From: Planctomycetota bacterium
Lineage (GTDB): Bacteria > Planctomycetota > UBA1135 > GCA-002686595
Assembly (NCBI GenBank): GCA_044358925.1
Contig: JBIKNC010000001.1
Span: 5,797-69,796 of the forward strand
DNA length: 64,000 bases
Direction: 5' to 3'
The position numbers were made by a program, and so were the translations under genes. Under the pieces are notes generated by a model, which was not told where the DNA came from, searched no databases, and saw only the letters and a program-made list of their open reading frames with translations. Below are positions 18,600 to 28,197 of this stretch, in pieces (the first letter of the stretch is position 1; each line of letters opens with the position of its first letter).

Positions 18600-19865
18600 T
18601 CAGCGCGCTCGCACAGCCGGTCCGTCGACGCGGCGGCCCGCGACCCACGCCGCGACGAGCGGGGGTTCGTCGCGCACGAGTTCGCGAAAGAGCTGCTCCT
18701 CGTCGCGTGCTGCAGTCGCGAAGGCCGCGGCGGTGAACGGGCGGCCCGCCGCGAGCACCCCCACCACGTCATCGACGCCGAGAGCGCGCGCTCCGTTGCG
18801 CGTCGCCATGCGCCACCAGACGCGCGCTGGAACCTGCGGCGCGGCGCGCGCCGCGAGCGCGAGTTCACGGCGCATGTCGAGTGCGCTGTTGCTCGCGAGT
18901 GAGTCGGTGCCGAGAGCGAGCGTGACGCCGGCGGAGAGCCAACGCTCGAACGGGAACGGCGCGCGCTCGAAGAAGCGGTGTGTGCCGGGGCAGTGCACCA
19001 GCGTCAGTCCGCTCGCTGCGAGTCGCGCCGGAGCTGCGCCGTGTGCGTGGTTGCCGTGCACGAGCACGGTGCGCGGTCCGAGCAGTCCGCTGCGTTCGAG
19101 GCGCTCGAGCAACGGCGCACGCACACGCGGCGGGCCGAGCAGTGCGTCGAAGGGCCCGCTGCGACCGGCGAGCCACTCCTCCTCCTCCGCCGTTTCGGCC
19201 CAGTGGATCTGCACCGGCAGGTCGTGTTCGCGCGCGATCGTCGCACAGCGCGCGAGCGTCGAGTCGAGCGTCGTGTACGGCGCGTGCGGCGACAGTCCCG
19301 CCCGCCAAGGTGCCGACGGACGGGCCGCGAGTGCGGCCGCACGCTCGGCGGCTGCGCTCCCGCGCGCCTCGTCACCCGCATCGAGCACCTCCCGGTGCAC
19401 GACGACGAGCGGTGCGTTCGAACGCGCAGCCTGATCGAACGCGCCGCCCGCTTCACACCAGGTGTTCGCGACGTCGCCGATCGCGACGGTTCCGCTCTCT
19501 GCGAGCAGCTCGAGACCGCGCGCGACGGAACGCGACTCGTCGAGGCCGGCGCGTGCGGCGATCAGGGCGCGAATCCAGCTCGGGAAGTCGGCGCCCCGTG
19601 CGACGCGACCGCACAGTTCGGTCAATTCGAGGTGCGCGTGCGCGTCGACGAGCCCGGCGGTGAGCACTGCGTCCCCGAGGTCCACGACCTCGTCGCAGGG
19701 CCGCGCTGGACGAGCGCCGTGGTGCAGCAACACCTCTTCGATGCGATCGTGTGCGACGACGAGCGCTCCGCCGCGCACGACGTGTTCGTCGTCGACCACG
19801 AGCCAGCGCGCCCGCACGAGTCGTCGCGCAGGATCCGCGCGCGACTCGTCGATCGAGCCGCTCAA
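18600..19865 (-). CDS. Amidohydrolase family protein (nucleoside deaminase-like)
   Basis: DAHAHLEL, SPHAPYT, HWAET, VHG, HCP, LGTDS.ASN. Confidence 0.85.
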   Translation of the reverse strand: MSGSIDESRADPARRLVRARWLVVDDEHVVRGGALVVAHDRIEEVLLHHGARPARPCDEVVDLGDAVLTAGLVDAHAHLELTELCGRVARGADFPSWIRALIAARAGLDESRSVARGLELLAESGTVAIGDVANTWCEAGGAFDQAARSNAPLVVVHREVLDAGDEARGSAAAERAAALAARPSAPWRAGLSPHAPYTTLDSTLARCATIAREHDLPVQIHWAETAEEEEWLAGRSGPFDALLGPPRVRAPLLERLERSGLLGPRTVLVHGNHAHGAAPARLAASGLTLVHCPGTHRFFERAPFPFERWLSAGVTLALGTDSLASNSALDMRRELALAARAAPQVPARVWWRMATRNGARALGVDDVVGVLAAGRPFTAAAFATAARDEEQLFRELVRDEPPLVAAWVAGRRVDGPAVRAR

Positions 19866-22800
19866 CGCGGCTGAACCTCGACGGTGAACTCGACGACGCT
19901 GACGATGCGTTCGGCGAACGGCGCCGTCGGATCGAACACGACTTGCATGCGCAGCGCGTTCGGTCGACGCGCGTCGGCGATTTCCTGCGTCACGAGTCCG
20001 GACCAGTACGTGTCGAGGCCGCCCGGGCTCGGGAGCCAGGCCGTCAGCGAGTCGGGCTCCGCGCCGCTGAACGCATCCGAGGCGTCATACGTGCACTTGT
20101 TCTGGATCGGTGCATTCGCACGCACACCTTGGAAGCGCACCACGAGCGGCGACGAGCCGAGATCCCGTCCGACGAGCGTCTCGAAGTCGACGTCGAACTC
20201 GTCCGTGATCGAGCCCGAGTCGCCGCGCCAGTTCACGAGTTCACCCGTGTCGAGTTCGAGCACGAGGTTCCACGCGTAGCTCCACTGCTGCGGATCCATC
20301 GCGCTGAAATCGTCATCGACGAACGAGTAGCCGAACAGGCCGGCCTCCGGCACGATCCAGCACGTCGTGAAGCCGGTCAGAAGACCGGGCCCGATCGTCG
20401 GCGGACTGAACGGTTGGACTTCGAGCACGTCGAGGACCAGCGGCTGCCCTGCTCCACCCAGCGCGGGTGCGAGGTGCTGCAACAGTCCGCCGGCCGTCAG
20501 CGTCGGCTGCGCGCGCACCTCGATGACACCGGCGCCGCCCGCTCCGCCGCGCGACAGCGTGTTGCCGTTCACACCGCCGGATCCGCCCGCGACGTCGAGC
20601 ACGACGGTCGCATCGAGCAGCGAGAGCAGCGGGGTCTGCACGAGAAGTGCACCGCCCGATCCGCCGCCGCCCGGCGCCATCCAGCACCCGTCGTTGACCG
20701 GTGTGCACAGCGGGAAGCCGGCGCCGTTGCCGCCGGACGCGTCGACGAGGCCGCTGATCGAGATCGAACGACCGCTCTGGAGTTGGAGCGCTCCGCCACC
20801 GCTGCCGCCGGCGCCGCTGCTCGCATCCAGGTAGCCCGTGATCTGCTTGATCGGGAACGAGCCCGACGGGATGCAGTTGTTGGCCGCGACACCGTTCGTG
20901 GTCGTGCCCTGGATGCCGGCGCCTCCGCCCCCGCCTCCGGCGCCGCCGATCAGCGCGCCCCCCCGATCGGGATCGAGATCGAGTTCGTCGACGGTGACGA
21001 TCTGATTGTTCGGTACGGCCGGGGGCGGTGCGGGCGGCACTCCGAAGGCGGGCGACGGAACGCTGTAGAGCGGCTTCCCGCCCAGAGTCGCGTACGTCCC
21101 GCCGGCACCCGGCGCGCCGACCTCGACGGCCGCGCACAGGAGGTTGAGGTAGGACGCGTTGGCCAGCGTGCCGAGGTTGACGACGAACGGACCCGGGAAC
21201 GTCGGCGGCCACTTCACACCGCCGCCGCCGCCGCTGCCCGTGCCGCCGCGACCGACACCGGCCACGCCGTTCGGTTCCACCACCACGCCGGTCGGGTGGT
21301 CGAAGCCGCGGAACGAGGGCCCCTGCAGCGGCAGCATCTGCGAGCCGGCGGGCTGGTCGGGGCGATCGCCTCCGTCACCACCGGCGCCGCCTCCGATGCG
21401 CGAACCGCCGACGCTGCCGCCCAGACCGTTCGTCGAGAAGTGCTCGCCGCCGCTGCGGCCCGAGACGTCGACGCGACCGGCGATGGACATCTCGCCGCGC
21501 ACGAAGACCCGCGGCGACACGTCGCCCTCGAAGGTCAGCACGGCGCCGCCGCGCACGTCGAGTGATGCGAACTCGAACACGCCGTCGTCGACCTCGAGGA
21601 CCGCGGTCGATGCATCGACGCCGGCGTCGACGAGGACCTGCGCGCGCACCTGGTAGGCGACGATCTCGTCGGGCTCGCTCGTGGTGAGACCGAACGCGTC
21701 CACGGGACCGGTCACGAGGTTCGGGCCGAAGCGCGTCACGATGTCCGGGCCGGTCGAGAGCACGAGCGTCTCGCCTTCGAGCACGATCACGTCGCCGAGC
21801 TCGCCGCTGCCGCCGGCGAGGCCCGGCAGCACACGTCCGCGCAGCGACCCGCCGGGCAGAACCGCGAGCGGCTCGGCGATCGCCGAACTCGAACGCGGTG
21901 CGATCGGCACGACGGCTTGGAACGTCTCGCGCACGATCTCGGTCGGGATCGGCACGGCCTGCGTGGTGAAGACGGCCGACACCGGGGCCTGCAACGCGCT
22001 TCCCGCGATGTCGACCGCGTTCGTCCCCACTTCCACGACGACGCGGTGCGTCAGCGAGCCGGTGCCGGCCGACGGCAACTGACCGTTCGGCACGAACACC
22101 AGTTGGGTGCGCGACTGCTCTTCGTCGAAGTCGACGGCGAACTGACCGGGCAGGGGCACTTGGTCGTTCGGTGTGCTCGTGTCGCCGTCTTCGTCGAAGC
22201 GCACGCGCACGGACGGCGAGGTGTTCCCGACGAGTTCGATCAACGACGACGCCGACATGGTCTGGTCGAACTCGACCCGCACGCGCGCGGCGAGCGGGAC
22301 GTCGACTTCTCCATCGGCGAGGAAACTCGACGTGACCTCGTTCGTGAGCGGGTCGTAGACGTCGACGTACACGGACGCTCGCGGCGCACCGGGCTGCAGG
22401 TCGAGAACGCCTTTCGACGCGACGACGAAGCAGTCGATCGTGGAAACGTTCGACGAACCGTCGGTCGAGCGGATGCGCGGACCTGCGCCGCTGCCGCGCA
22501 CGAACAGGCGGTAGGCCTCGCCTGCCACGAAGCCGGGCACGAGTTGCCCGAAGTCGTCGAGCGTGATGCTCGGGCGGTAGGTCAGGCGTCGGCTGTTCGA
22601 GGGGTCGATCTCGATCAGGCCGGGAGCGAGTTCGCCGCTCTGCAGATTCGTGAGTCGCAGGCCGCCCGACGCGATCGACTGCGGATCGATCGGCTTGTTG
22701 AACTCGAACGCGAGCGTCTGATTGACGAACACGTCGGAGGTCGAACAGATCTTCGAACCTTCGGCCGGCCCCGAACAGCCGAGGTTGCACGTGATGACGT

Positions 22801-22927
22801 GCATCTTCGACGTGGCGCCCGGAACGGCGAGTTCGGCGTCGTTGGAAGAGCCACCGCAAGCGCTCGCGAACGCGAGAAGTGCAGCGATCGCCACGGGGCG
22901 CACGCGCCTGAATCGAAGACTGGTCAT
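19862..22927 (-). CDS. Large surface lipoprotein with Ig-like (Big_5/SbsA-type) domains and a glycine-rich domain
   Basis: Lipobox FASAC-GG. N..L.FEF..PIDP.SI and V.V.FDQ.M Ig-like motifs, DIAG.AL..P....FTT, many GGxGG runs. Confidence 0.75.
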   Translation of the reverse strand: MTSLRFRRVRPVAIAALLAFASACGGSSNDAELAVPGATSKMHVITCNLGCSGPAEGSKICSTSDVFVNQTLAFEFNKPIDPQSIASGGLRLTNLQSGELAPGLIEIDPSNSRRLTYRPSITLDDFGQLVPGFVAGEAYRLFVRGSGAGPRIRSTDGSSNVSTIDCFVVASKGVLDLQPGAPRASVYVDVYDPLTNEVTSSFLADGEVDVPLAARVRVEFDQTMSASSLIELVGNTSPSVRVRFDEDGDTSTPNDQVPLPGQFAVDFDEEQSRTQLVFVPNGQLPSAGTGSLTHRVVVEVGTNAVDIAGSALQAPVSAVFTTQAVPIPTEIVRETFQAVVPIAPRSSSAIAEPLAVLPGGSLRGRVLPGLAGGSGELGDVIVLEGETLVLSTGPDIVTRFGPNLVTGPVDAFGLTTSEPDEIVAYQVRAQVLVDAGVDASTAVLEVDDGVFEFASLDVRGGAVLTFEGDVSPRVFVRGEMSIAGRVDVSGRSGGEHFSTNGLGGSVGGSRIGGGAGGDGGDRPDQPAGSQMLPLQGPSFRGFDHPTGVVVEPNGVAGVGRGGTGSGGGGGVKWPPTFPGPFVVNLGTLANASYLNLLCAAVEVGAPGAGGTYATLGGKPLYSVPSPAFGVPPAPPPAVPNNQIVTVDELDLDPDRGGALIGGAGGGGGGAGIQGTTTNGVAANNCIPSGSFPIKQITGYLDASSGAGGSGGGALQLQSGRSISISGLVDASGGNGAGFPLCTPVNDGCWMAPGGGGSGGALLVQTPLLSLLDATVVLDVAGGSGGVNGNTLSRGGAGGAGVIEVRAQPTLTAGGLLQHLAPALGGAGQPLVLDVLEVQPFSPPTIGPGLLTGFTTCWIVPEAGLFGYSFVDDDFSAMDPQQWSYAWNLVLELDTGELVNWRGDSGSITDEFDVDFETLVGRDLGSSPLVVRFQGVRANAPIQNKCTYDASDAFSGAEPDSLTAWLPSPGGLDTYWSGLVTQEIADARRPNALRMQVVFDPTAPFAERIVSVVEFTVEVQPR

Positions 22928-23032
22928 GTGTCGCGCCGGGGCTCGCTCGGGCCGTCGGCCGCGAGAATTGGGCCGGTACTCTAGGAGCCGCGCTGGCTAG
23001 CGTGCCCGTAAAGATCTCCCGACCCTCGCGAC

Positions 23033-23947
23033 ATGCACACCGCCTCTCCTGGTTTCCTCGCGCGAGCCGCGCTCTGTCTCACAACCATCGTCGCGGCCGT
23101 CGGTTGCAGCGACGGGAACACGAGTGCCGAAGGCGGAGCGGACGTCCGTGCGCGCGCACAGGCCCTCGCACAGCTGCCGATCGACCAGCAGGTGAGGGAC
23201 GTGATCGCGGCGCTGACCGACGACACCGATCAGAGCAAACCGGAGAAGAACGACTTCACGATCCGTGTTTTCGCCACGTGGGAGCTGATGGACGCCGCTG
23301 CGCCGGAGCTCGGGCGCGCGCTCCTGGCCGAACTCGACGATCCCCGCAGCGCCTCGCTCGATCCCGGCCTGCGCATCCGCGTTCTCGAGGCGGCGGCGCG
23401 CTCGATGCGCCGGGACGCGGCCAGTCGGGCCGAACTCGCGCGCGCGCTGGCGACACGCATCGAGAACTCCTCCCACCCGATGGGCGAGCGCAACAAGGCC
23501 TGCGAACTGATGGGCGACATCGCACCCGATCAGGCGCTGACGGTGCTCGGTCCGATCGTCGGGCCGGGCCGCCGCTTCACGACCACGCCGGACCACGAAT
23601 TCGTGCTGCGCGGTTGGCTCGCGGCGTCGGAGAAGCTCGGGCGCGACACGACCGGCATCCTGTGCGACATCGCCGGCGACCAGGGCATGGAGACCATCTC
23701 GCGCGTCACCGCATTCGATCGGCTCGCGGGCAGCGACGATCCGCGCGCCGTGGCGACCATGGAGAGCGTGATGGTCGAGTCGACCGGCGACATGTACACG
23801 CGCCAGCGCGCGGTGCGCTCCTTTCTCGCGACCGTCGACGCGCCGTTGGCGCGTGCGCGTCTCGAGCAGATGCTGACGCGCGAAGCCGACCAGAACATGC
23901 AAGTGTTCCTGCAGAACACGCTCGCACAACTCGTCGGCAAGGACTGA
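23033..23947 (+). CDS. Helical-repeat (HEAT-like) lipoprotein
   Basis: Lipobox AVGC. Repeated R..A...L helical pattern. Confidence 0.65.
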   Translation: MHTASPGFLARAALCLTTIVAAVGCSDGNTSAEGGADVRARAQALAQLPIDQQVRDVIAALTDDTDQSKPEKNDFTIRVFATWELMDAAAPELGRALLAELDDPRSASLDPGLRIRVLEAAARSMRRDAASRAELARALATRIENSSHPMGERNKACELMGDIAPDQALTVLGPIVGPGRRFTTTPDHEFVLRGWLAASEKLGRDTTGILCDIAGDQGMETISRVTAFDRLAGSDDPRAVATMESVMVESTGDMYTRQRAVRSFLATVDAPLARARLEQMLTREADQNMQVFLQNTLAQLVGKD

Positions 23948-24006
23948 GCCTTCTGCGCGGGAGTTCGCGCCCAGACTCCGCGCGCAACGAACGGACCTAC
24001 AAACGA

Positions 24007-24034
24007 ACGAGGGGCTGCTCGCGCAGCCCCTCGT
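24007..24034 (-). terminator. Intrinsic terminator hairpin after the pilin gene (possibly bidirectional)
   Basis: ACGAGGGGCTGC-tcgc-GCAGCCCCTCGT, perfect 12-bp stem, T-rich tail on the minus strand. Confidence 0.75.
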
Positions 24035-24069
24035 CCTTCAGGCGCGGTGCGTGACCGGCCCGCGTGGCA

Positions 24070-24795
24070 TCACTGGACGACGGTCCAGAGTTCGCCGTCG
24101 GAGCCGGCGACACCGGCCGCCGAGTTCGCGATCGGAGTGCCCATCGTGCCGTCGCCAGCTTCGCTGAACGCGGCCTCTTGGGCCGGACCGTCGCCGACGC
24201 CTTCGTACACTTCCGTTCCACGGTTGTTGTACTGAAGGATGTCACCGTCCTGGTTGATGAAGAACACGCGGTTGCCCGTGCCACCGAAGTCGAGCGGCCA
24301 GGCGTAGCACGCCCAGAAGTTCTCGCAGTTGTCCGGGTCGGTCTCCGCGTCCATGCCGCCCGTGTCCGCTTCCGCGATGCCCGCGCCGGTGTCGTCCGGG
24401 AGCCACATCTGGAAAACGTAGCCCGAGCGCGTCACGACGCTGTCGGCGACGTTGCCGAGGGCGCTCGAGAGCATCGCCGGAGCGAGCAGCGAGGCGCCGA
24501 CTTCCGGCACGCCTGCGCCGTCGTCGACGCGCATCTCGACCGTGCCGGCGAGTTCGGCGAAGTAGCCGTACTCACCACCACCGTCGGAGTCCGAGTCGAT
24601 GGCCGACGAGGACTGGAGTTGCGCTTGCGCCGAGCTGATCGAGCGCAGCGTCGAGATCGCAGCCGACTCGTTGGCGCTCAGGCGGGCGCTGAGCAGTTTC
24701 GGAATCGCCACCGAAGCGATGATCGCGATGATGGCCACCACGATCATGAGTTCGATGAGCGTGAAACCCGCGTTCTTGCGTGTATTGAATTTCAC
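24070..24795 (-). CDS. pilA: Type IV pilin (prepilin N-terminal cleavage/methylation domain, DUF2950-like C-terminus)
   Basis: MKFNTRKNAG|FTLIELMIVVAIIAIIASVAIP; ANESAAI.TLR.I..AQ; SGY.F; YAWP..G.TG.R.F.I.QDG. Confidence 0.85.
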   Translation of the reverse strand: MKFNTRKNAGFTLIELMIVVAIIAIIASVAIPKLLSARLSANESAAISTLRSISSAQAQLQSSSAIDSDSDGGGEYGYFAELAGTVEMRVDDGAGVPEVGASLLAPAMLSSALGNVADSVVTRSGYVFQMWLPDDTGAGIAEADTGGMDAETDPDNCENFWACYAWPLDFGGTGNRVFFINQDGDILQYNNRGTEVYEGVGDGPAQEAAFSEAGDGTMGTPIANSAAGVAGSDGELWTVVQ

Positions 24796-25079
24796 TGTGG
24801 GAGGTGCCTCTCTCTTGGCCTTCTAGAAGTGTGTGACCGCCTCCCAGGTGCGCCGCGTTGCACGATGCAACGCGACCACGAGGTACAGCGACCCGTGCTT
24901 GTGTCGCGAGGTCCCCGCCGGCCCGAACGAGCCGCGCTTCGCCCTCGACAAGGCTCCCCATCGACCCCCAGCTCGGACGCACTGGAGTCGGCCCAAGAAA
25001 TCCGTCGCAAGTGCGGGTGAAGCCGGGCGGAAGGGCGCCGGAAGCGCGCCGGAAGCTCGAAACGGCCCGCCTGAAAGGC

Positions 25080-25116
25080 CGCGGGCCGGCTCCCCTGGTC
25101 GAGGAACCGGCCCGCG
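25080..25116 (-). terminator. Hairpin downstream of pilC
   Basis: CGCGGGCCGGCTCC...GGAACCGGCCCGCG inverted repeat. Confidence 0.5.
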
Positions 25117-25144
25117 AGGACCGCGATCAAGGTCGCGGCCGCGC

Positions 25145-26461
25145 TCAGCCCTTGCTGCCGCCGAGCTGACCGACGATGTCGAGGATCGGCAGGAAGACCG
25201 ACAGCACGACGCCGCCCACGATCACACCCATGAACGTGATGAGCATCGGCTCGATCAGACTCGTGAGCGCCTTGATCTGCGCCTTGACCTGCGAGTCGTA
25301 GAAGTCGGCGATCTTCTCGAGCAGCACTTCGAGTGCGCCCGAGCGCTCACCGATCGCGATCATGCGCGTCACCATCGGCGGGAACACCGGCGACTGGCTG
25401 AGCGGCTCGGAGAGCATGTTGCCGTTGCGCACCGCTTCGCGCGAATCCATGACGGCCTTCGACACGACGCGGTTGCCCGCAGTGTCCGCAACGATCTCGA
25501 GCGTGCCCATGATCGGCACACCGGAACGCGTGAGCGTCGAGAACGTGCGGCTGAAACGCGCGAGTGCGATCTTGCGCACCATCGGTCCGAAGACCGGCAG
25601 CTTGAGCGAGAGCTTGTCGAAGAACAGCGCGCCGGCTTCGGTGCGCTTGAACACGTACACGCCGAACAGCGAACCGGCTGCGATGCCGAGTGCAATCGCC
25701 CAGTGCGCCTTCAACCAGTCGGAGGTGTCGAGCACGAACTGCGTCAGCGCCGGCAGATCGGTCTCGAGCGATTCGAAGACCTGGCGGAAGGTCGGCACGA
25801 CACCGAGCATCAAGAAGGCCGTGATGCCGAGCACGAGGACGAGCGAGATGACGGGATACGTCATGGCGCTCTTCACTTCGCGACGCAGTTCGTCGGCCGA
25901 TTCCACGTACTCCGCGAGGCGCTCGAGGATCACGTCCATCTGACCGGACGCTTCACCCGCACGCACCATCGACACGTACAGCTTGGTGAAGGCCTTCGGA
26001 CAGGTCTCCATCGCTGCAGAGAGGTCCGAGCCGCCGCGCAGCGCCGTCGTGAGCGCTTCGCAGGTCGACTTCATGCCGGGCGTCTCGGCCTGTTCACCGA
26101 GCACGTCGAGCGACTCGAGCAGCGAGAGGCCCGCACCGATCATCGTCGCCAACTGGCGCGTGAAGATGACCAGCTCCTGCTTCGTGACCGTGGCGGTGAC
26201 CTTGCCGAGGCGCAACCCCGTCAAGGCCGCGAAGCCCTTCTTCTTGGGCGCCGCACCGCTCGAGCCCGATCCGGTCGCGGGCGCCGGCTTGCTCTTCTTC
26301 TTGCCGAAGAGCCCTCCGCCGCTCGAGGCCTCGGTGATCTTCACGGGTGTGAGGTTCTTGCGCCGGATCTCGGCCAGAGCCTGGGCCTGAGTCTCGGCCG
26401 TGATGGTGCCTTGCACCGAATTGCCCTGGCCGTCACGGGCGTCGTACTGGAAGTCGGACAT
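25145..26461 (-). CDS. pilC: Type IV pilus platform protein PilC (GspF family)
   Basis: FTRQLATMIGAG, YVSMVRAGEASG, SAMTYP, ARFSRT..L..SGVP, MIAIGERSG.L, SLIEP. Confidence 0.92.
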   Translation of the reverse strand: MSDFQYDARDGQGNSVQGTITAETQAQALAEIRRKNLTPVKITEASSGGGLFGKKKSKPAPATGSGSSGAAPKKKGFAALTGLRLGKVTATVTKQELVIFTRQLATMIGAGLSLLESLDVLGEQAETPGMKSTCEALTTALRGGSDLSAAMETCPKAFTKLYVSMVRAGEASGQMDVILERLAEYVESADELRREVKSAMTYPVISLVLVLGITAFLMLGVVPTFRQVFESLETDLPALTQFVLDTSDWLKAHWAIALGIAAGSLFGVYVFKRTEAGALFFDKLSLKLPVFGPMVRKIALARFSRTFSTLTRSGVPIMGTLEIVADTAGNRVVSKAVMDSREAVRNGNMLSEPLSQSPVFPPMVTRMIAIGERSGALEVLLEKIADFYDSQVKAQIKALTSLIEPMLITFMGVIVGGVVLSVFLPILDIVGQLGGSKG

Positions 26462-26481
26462 GGTGGTTCTCGCAGTTCTTC

Positions 26482-28197
26482 TCAGTCACCCATGGTCACG
26501 CGCAGCACTTCCTCGAGTGAGGACTTGCCACGCATCGCGTTGAGCAGCCCGACGCGGCGCAGGGTCAACATGCCCTCCGCCATCGCCTGCCGTTTGATCT
26601 CGGCCGCCGAGGCGCCGGTGACGATCAAGCGTTTGATCTCGTGGCTCAGGAAGAGCGTCTCCAGCACGGCGAAGCGGCCCTTGTAGCCGCCCGTGCAGCG
26701 CGGGCAGCCCGCTTGATTGGCCGCGAAGAGCTGGAAGCCGGTCACGAAGTCCTCGTCGCGGAAACCGACGCTCTCGAGTTCGGCGCGCGGCAACTCGACC
26801 TGTTGGCGGCAGTGCGGACAGAGCACACGTGCGAGGCGCTGAGCCGCGACGCACAGCAGTGACGTCGACACCATGAACGGGTCGATGCCCATGTCGACGA
26901 GGCGTGTGATCGTCGACGACGCGTCGTTCGTGTGCAGTGTGGAGAGCACGAGGTGGCCCGTGAGCGCGGCCTTCACCGCGATCTCGGCCGTCTCCGTGTC
27001 GCGGATCTCGCCGATGAGCACGACGTCCGGGTCCTGTCGCAGGATCGAACGCAGAGCACCGGCGAACGTGAGTCCGCGCTTCGGATTGACCGGCACCTGG
27101 TTGATGCCGTCCATGCGGTACTCGACCGGATCCTCGACCGTCACGACGTTGATCTCGGGCGTGCTGACTTCGCGCACCGACGCATACAACGTCGTCGACT
27201 TGCCCGAACCCGTCGGGCCGGTCACGAGCAACATGCCGTACGACGAGTTGATCGCCTTCTGCATGTCGGCGAGGCAGCGCGGCTCGTAGCCGAGCTTCGT
27301 CAGGTCCTTCGCGACACCGCTCGAGTCGAGGATACGCATGACCGCCTTCTCACCGCCGACGACCGGCAGCGTGGAGAGGCGGAAGTCGATCGTGCGACTC
27401 TCGTAGCGGATCTGGAACTTGCCGTCCTGCGGCCCCATTCGCTCCGCGATGTCGAGATTCGCGAGGATCTTGAGGCGCGAGATCACCGAGTTCAGCATCT
27501 GCTTCGGCGGCGTCATGACCTCGATCAGACGACCGTCGATGCGGAAGCGCACGCGGATGTGGTGGTCGCACGGCTCGATGTGGATGTCACTGGCCTTGTC
27601 GCGCAATGCGCGCAACAGGAGCACGTTGACGAGCTTGACCGACGGCACCTCGTTCGGGTCCGTCGTCGCGCCGGCCAGGTCGAGCTGCTCCTCCTCTTCC
27701 TTCTTCGCGTCCTCGACGGAGATGTCGAACTCGCTCGTCTGGACGCTGCTCAACAGGTCGTCGACCTGCTTCGCGCCCGTGTCGTAGGCCTTCGCGATCG
27801 CGGCCTTGATGCTGGCCGAGTGGCCGAGCAGCGGCCGGATCCTGCAGCCCGTGATCAGGTGCAGGTCGTCGAGCAGCAACACGTCGAACGGATCCGAGAC
27901 GACGACCGTCAACAGGTCGCCGTTGCGCGACACGGGCAGCGCCGTGTGTTCGTCGCAGCTCTCCTTCGGGAGCAGCTCGAGCACTCGATGGTCCGGATGG
28001 ACGCGCGAAACGTCGACGGGCACGACGCCGGCCGCGGAGCCGAGCAACTCGAGGAGGCCGCGTTCCGAGAATTTCTCTCGGACCACGAGCTCCTCGAGCA
28101 CGGGCTTGCCGCTGTCCGCTGCGCGCGTCCAGTCTTCGTTGGACACGAGTCCACCGTCGATCAGGAGCCGCCGGATCTTGCCGGAAGTACGGATCAT
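26482..28197 (-). CDS. pilB: Type IV pilus extension ATPase PilB (GspE family)
   Basis: ASDIHIEP, PQDG, GPTGSGKSTTLY, TVEDPVE, LRQDPD, TGHLVLSTLHTN, tetracysteine CPHC/CPRC, GYKGR. ATG overlaps the pilT stop. Confidence 0.92.
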   Translation of the reverse strand: MIRTSGKIRRLLIDGGLVSNEDWTRAADSGKPVLEELVVREKFSERGLLELLGSAAGVVPVDVSRVHPDHRVLELLPKESCDEHTALPVSRNGDLLTVVVSDPFDVLLLDDLHLITGCRIRPLLGHSASIKAAIAKAYDTGAKQVDDLLSSVQTSEFDISVEDAKKEEEEQLDLAGATTDPNEVPSVKLVNVLLLRALRDKASDIHIEPCDHHIRVRFRIDGRLIEVMTPPKQMLNSVISRLKILANLDIAERMGPQDGKFQIRYESRTIDFRLSTLPVVGGEKAVMRILDSSGVAKDLTKLGYEPRCLADMQKAINSSYGMLLVTGPTGSGKSTTLYASVREVSTPEINVVTVEDPVEYRMDGINQVPVNPKRGLTFAGALRSILRQDPDVVLIGEIRDTETAEIAVKAALTGHLVLSTLHTNDASSTITRLVDMGIDPFMVSTSLLCVAAQRLARVLCPHCRQQVELPRAELESVGFRDEDFVTGFQLFAANQAGCPRCTGGYKGRFAVLETLFLSHEIKRLIVTGASAAEIKRQAMAEGMLTLRRVGLLNAMRGKSSLEEVLRVTMGD

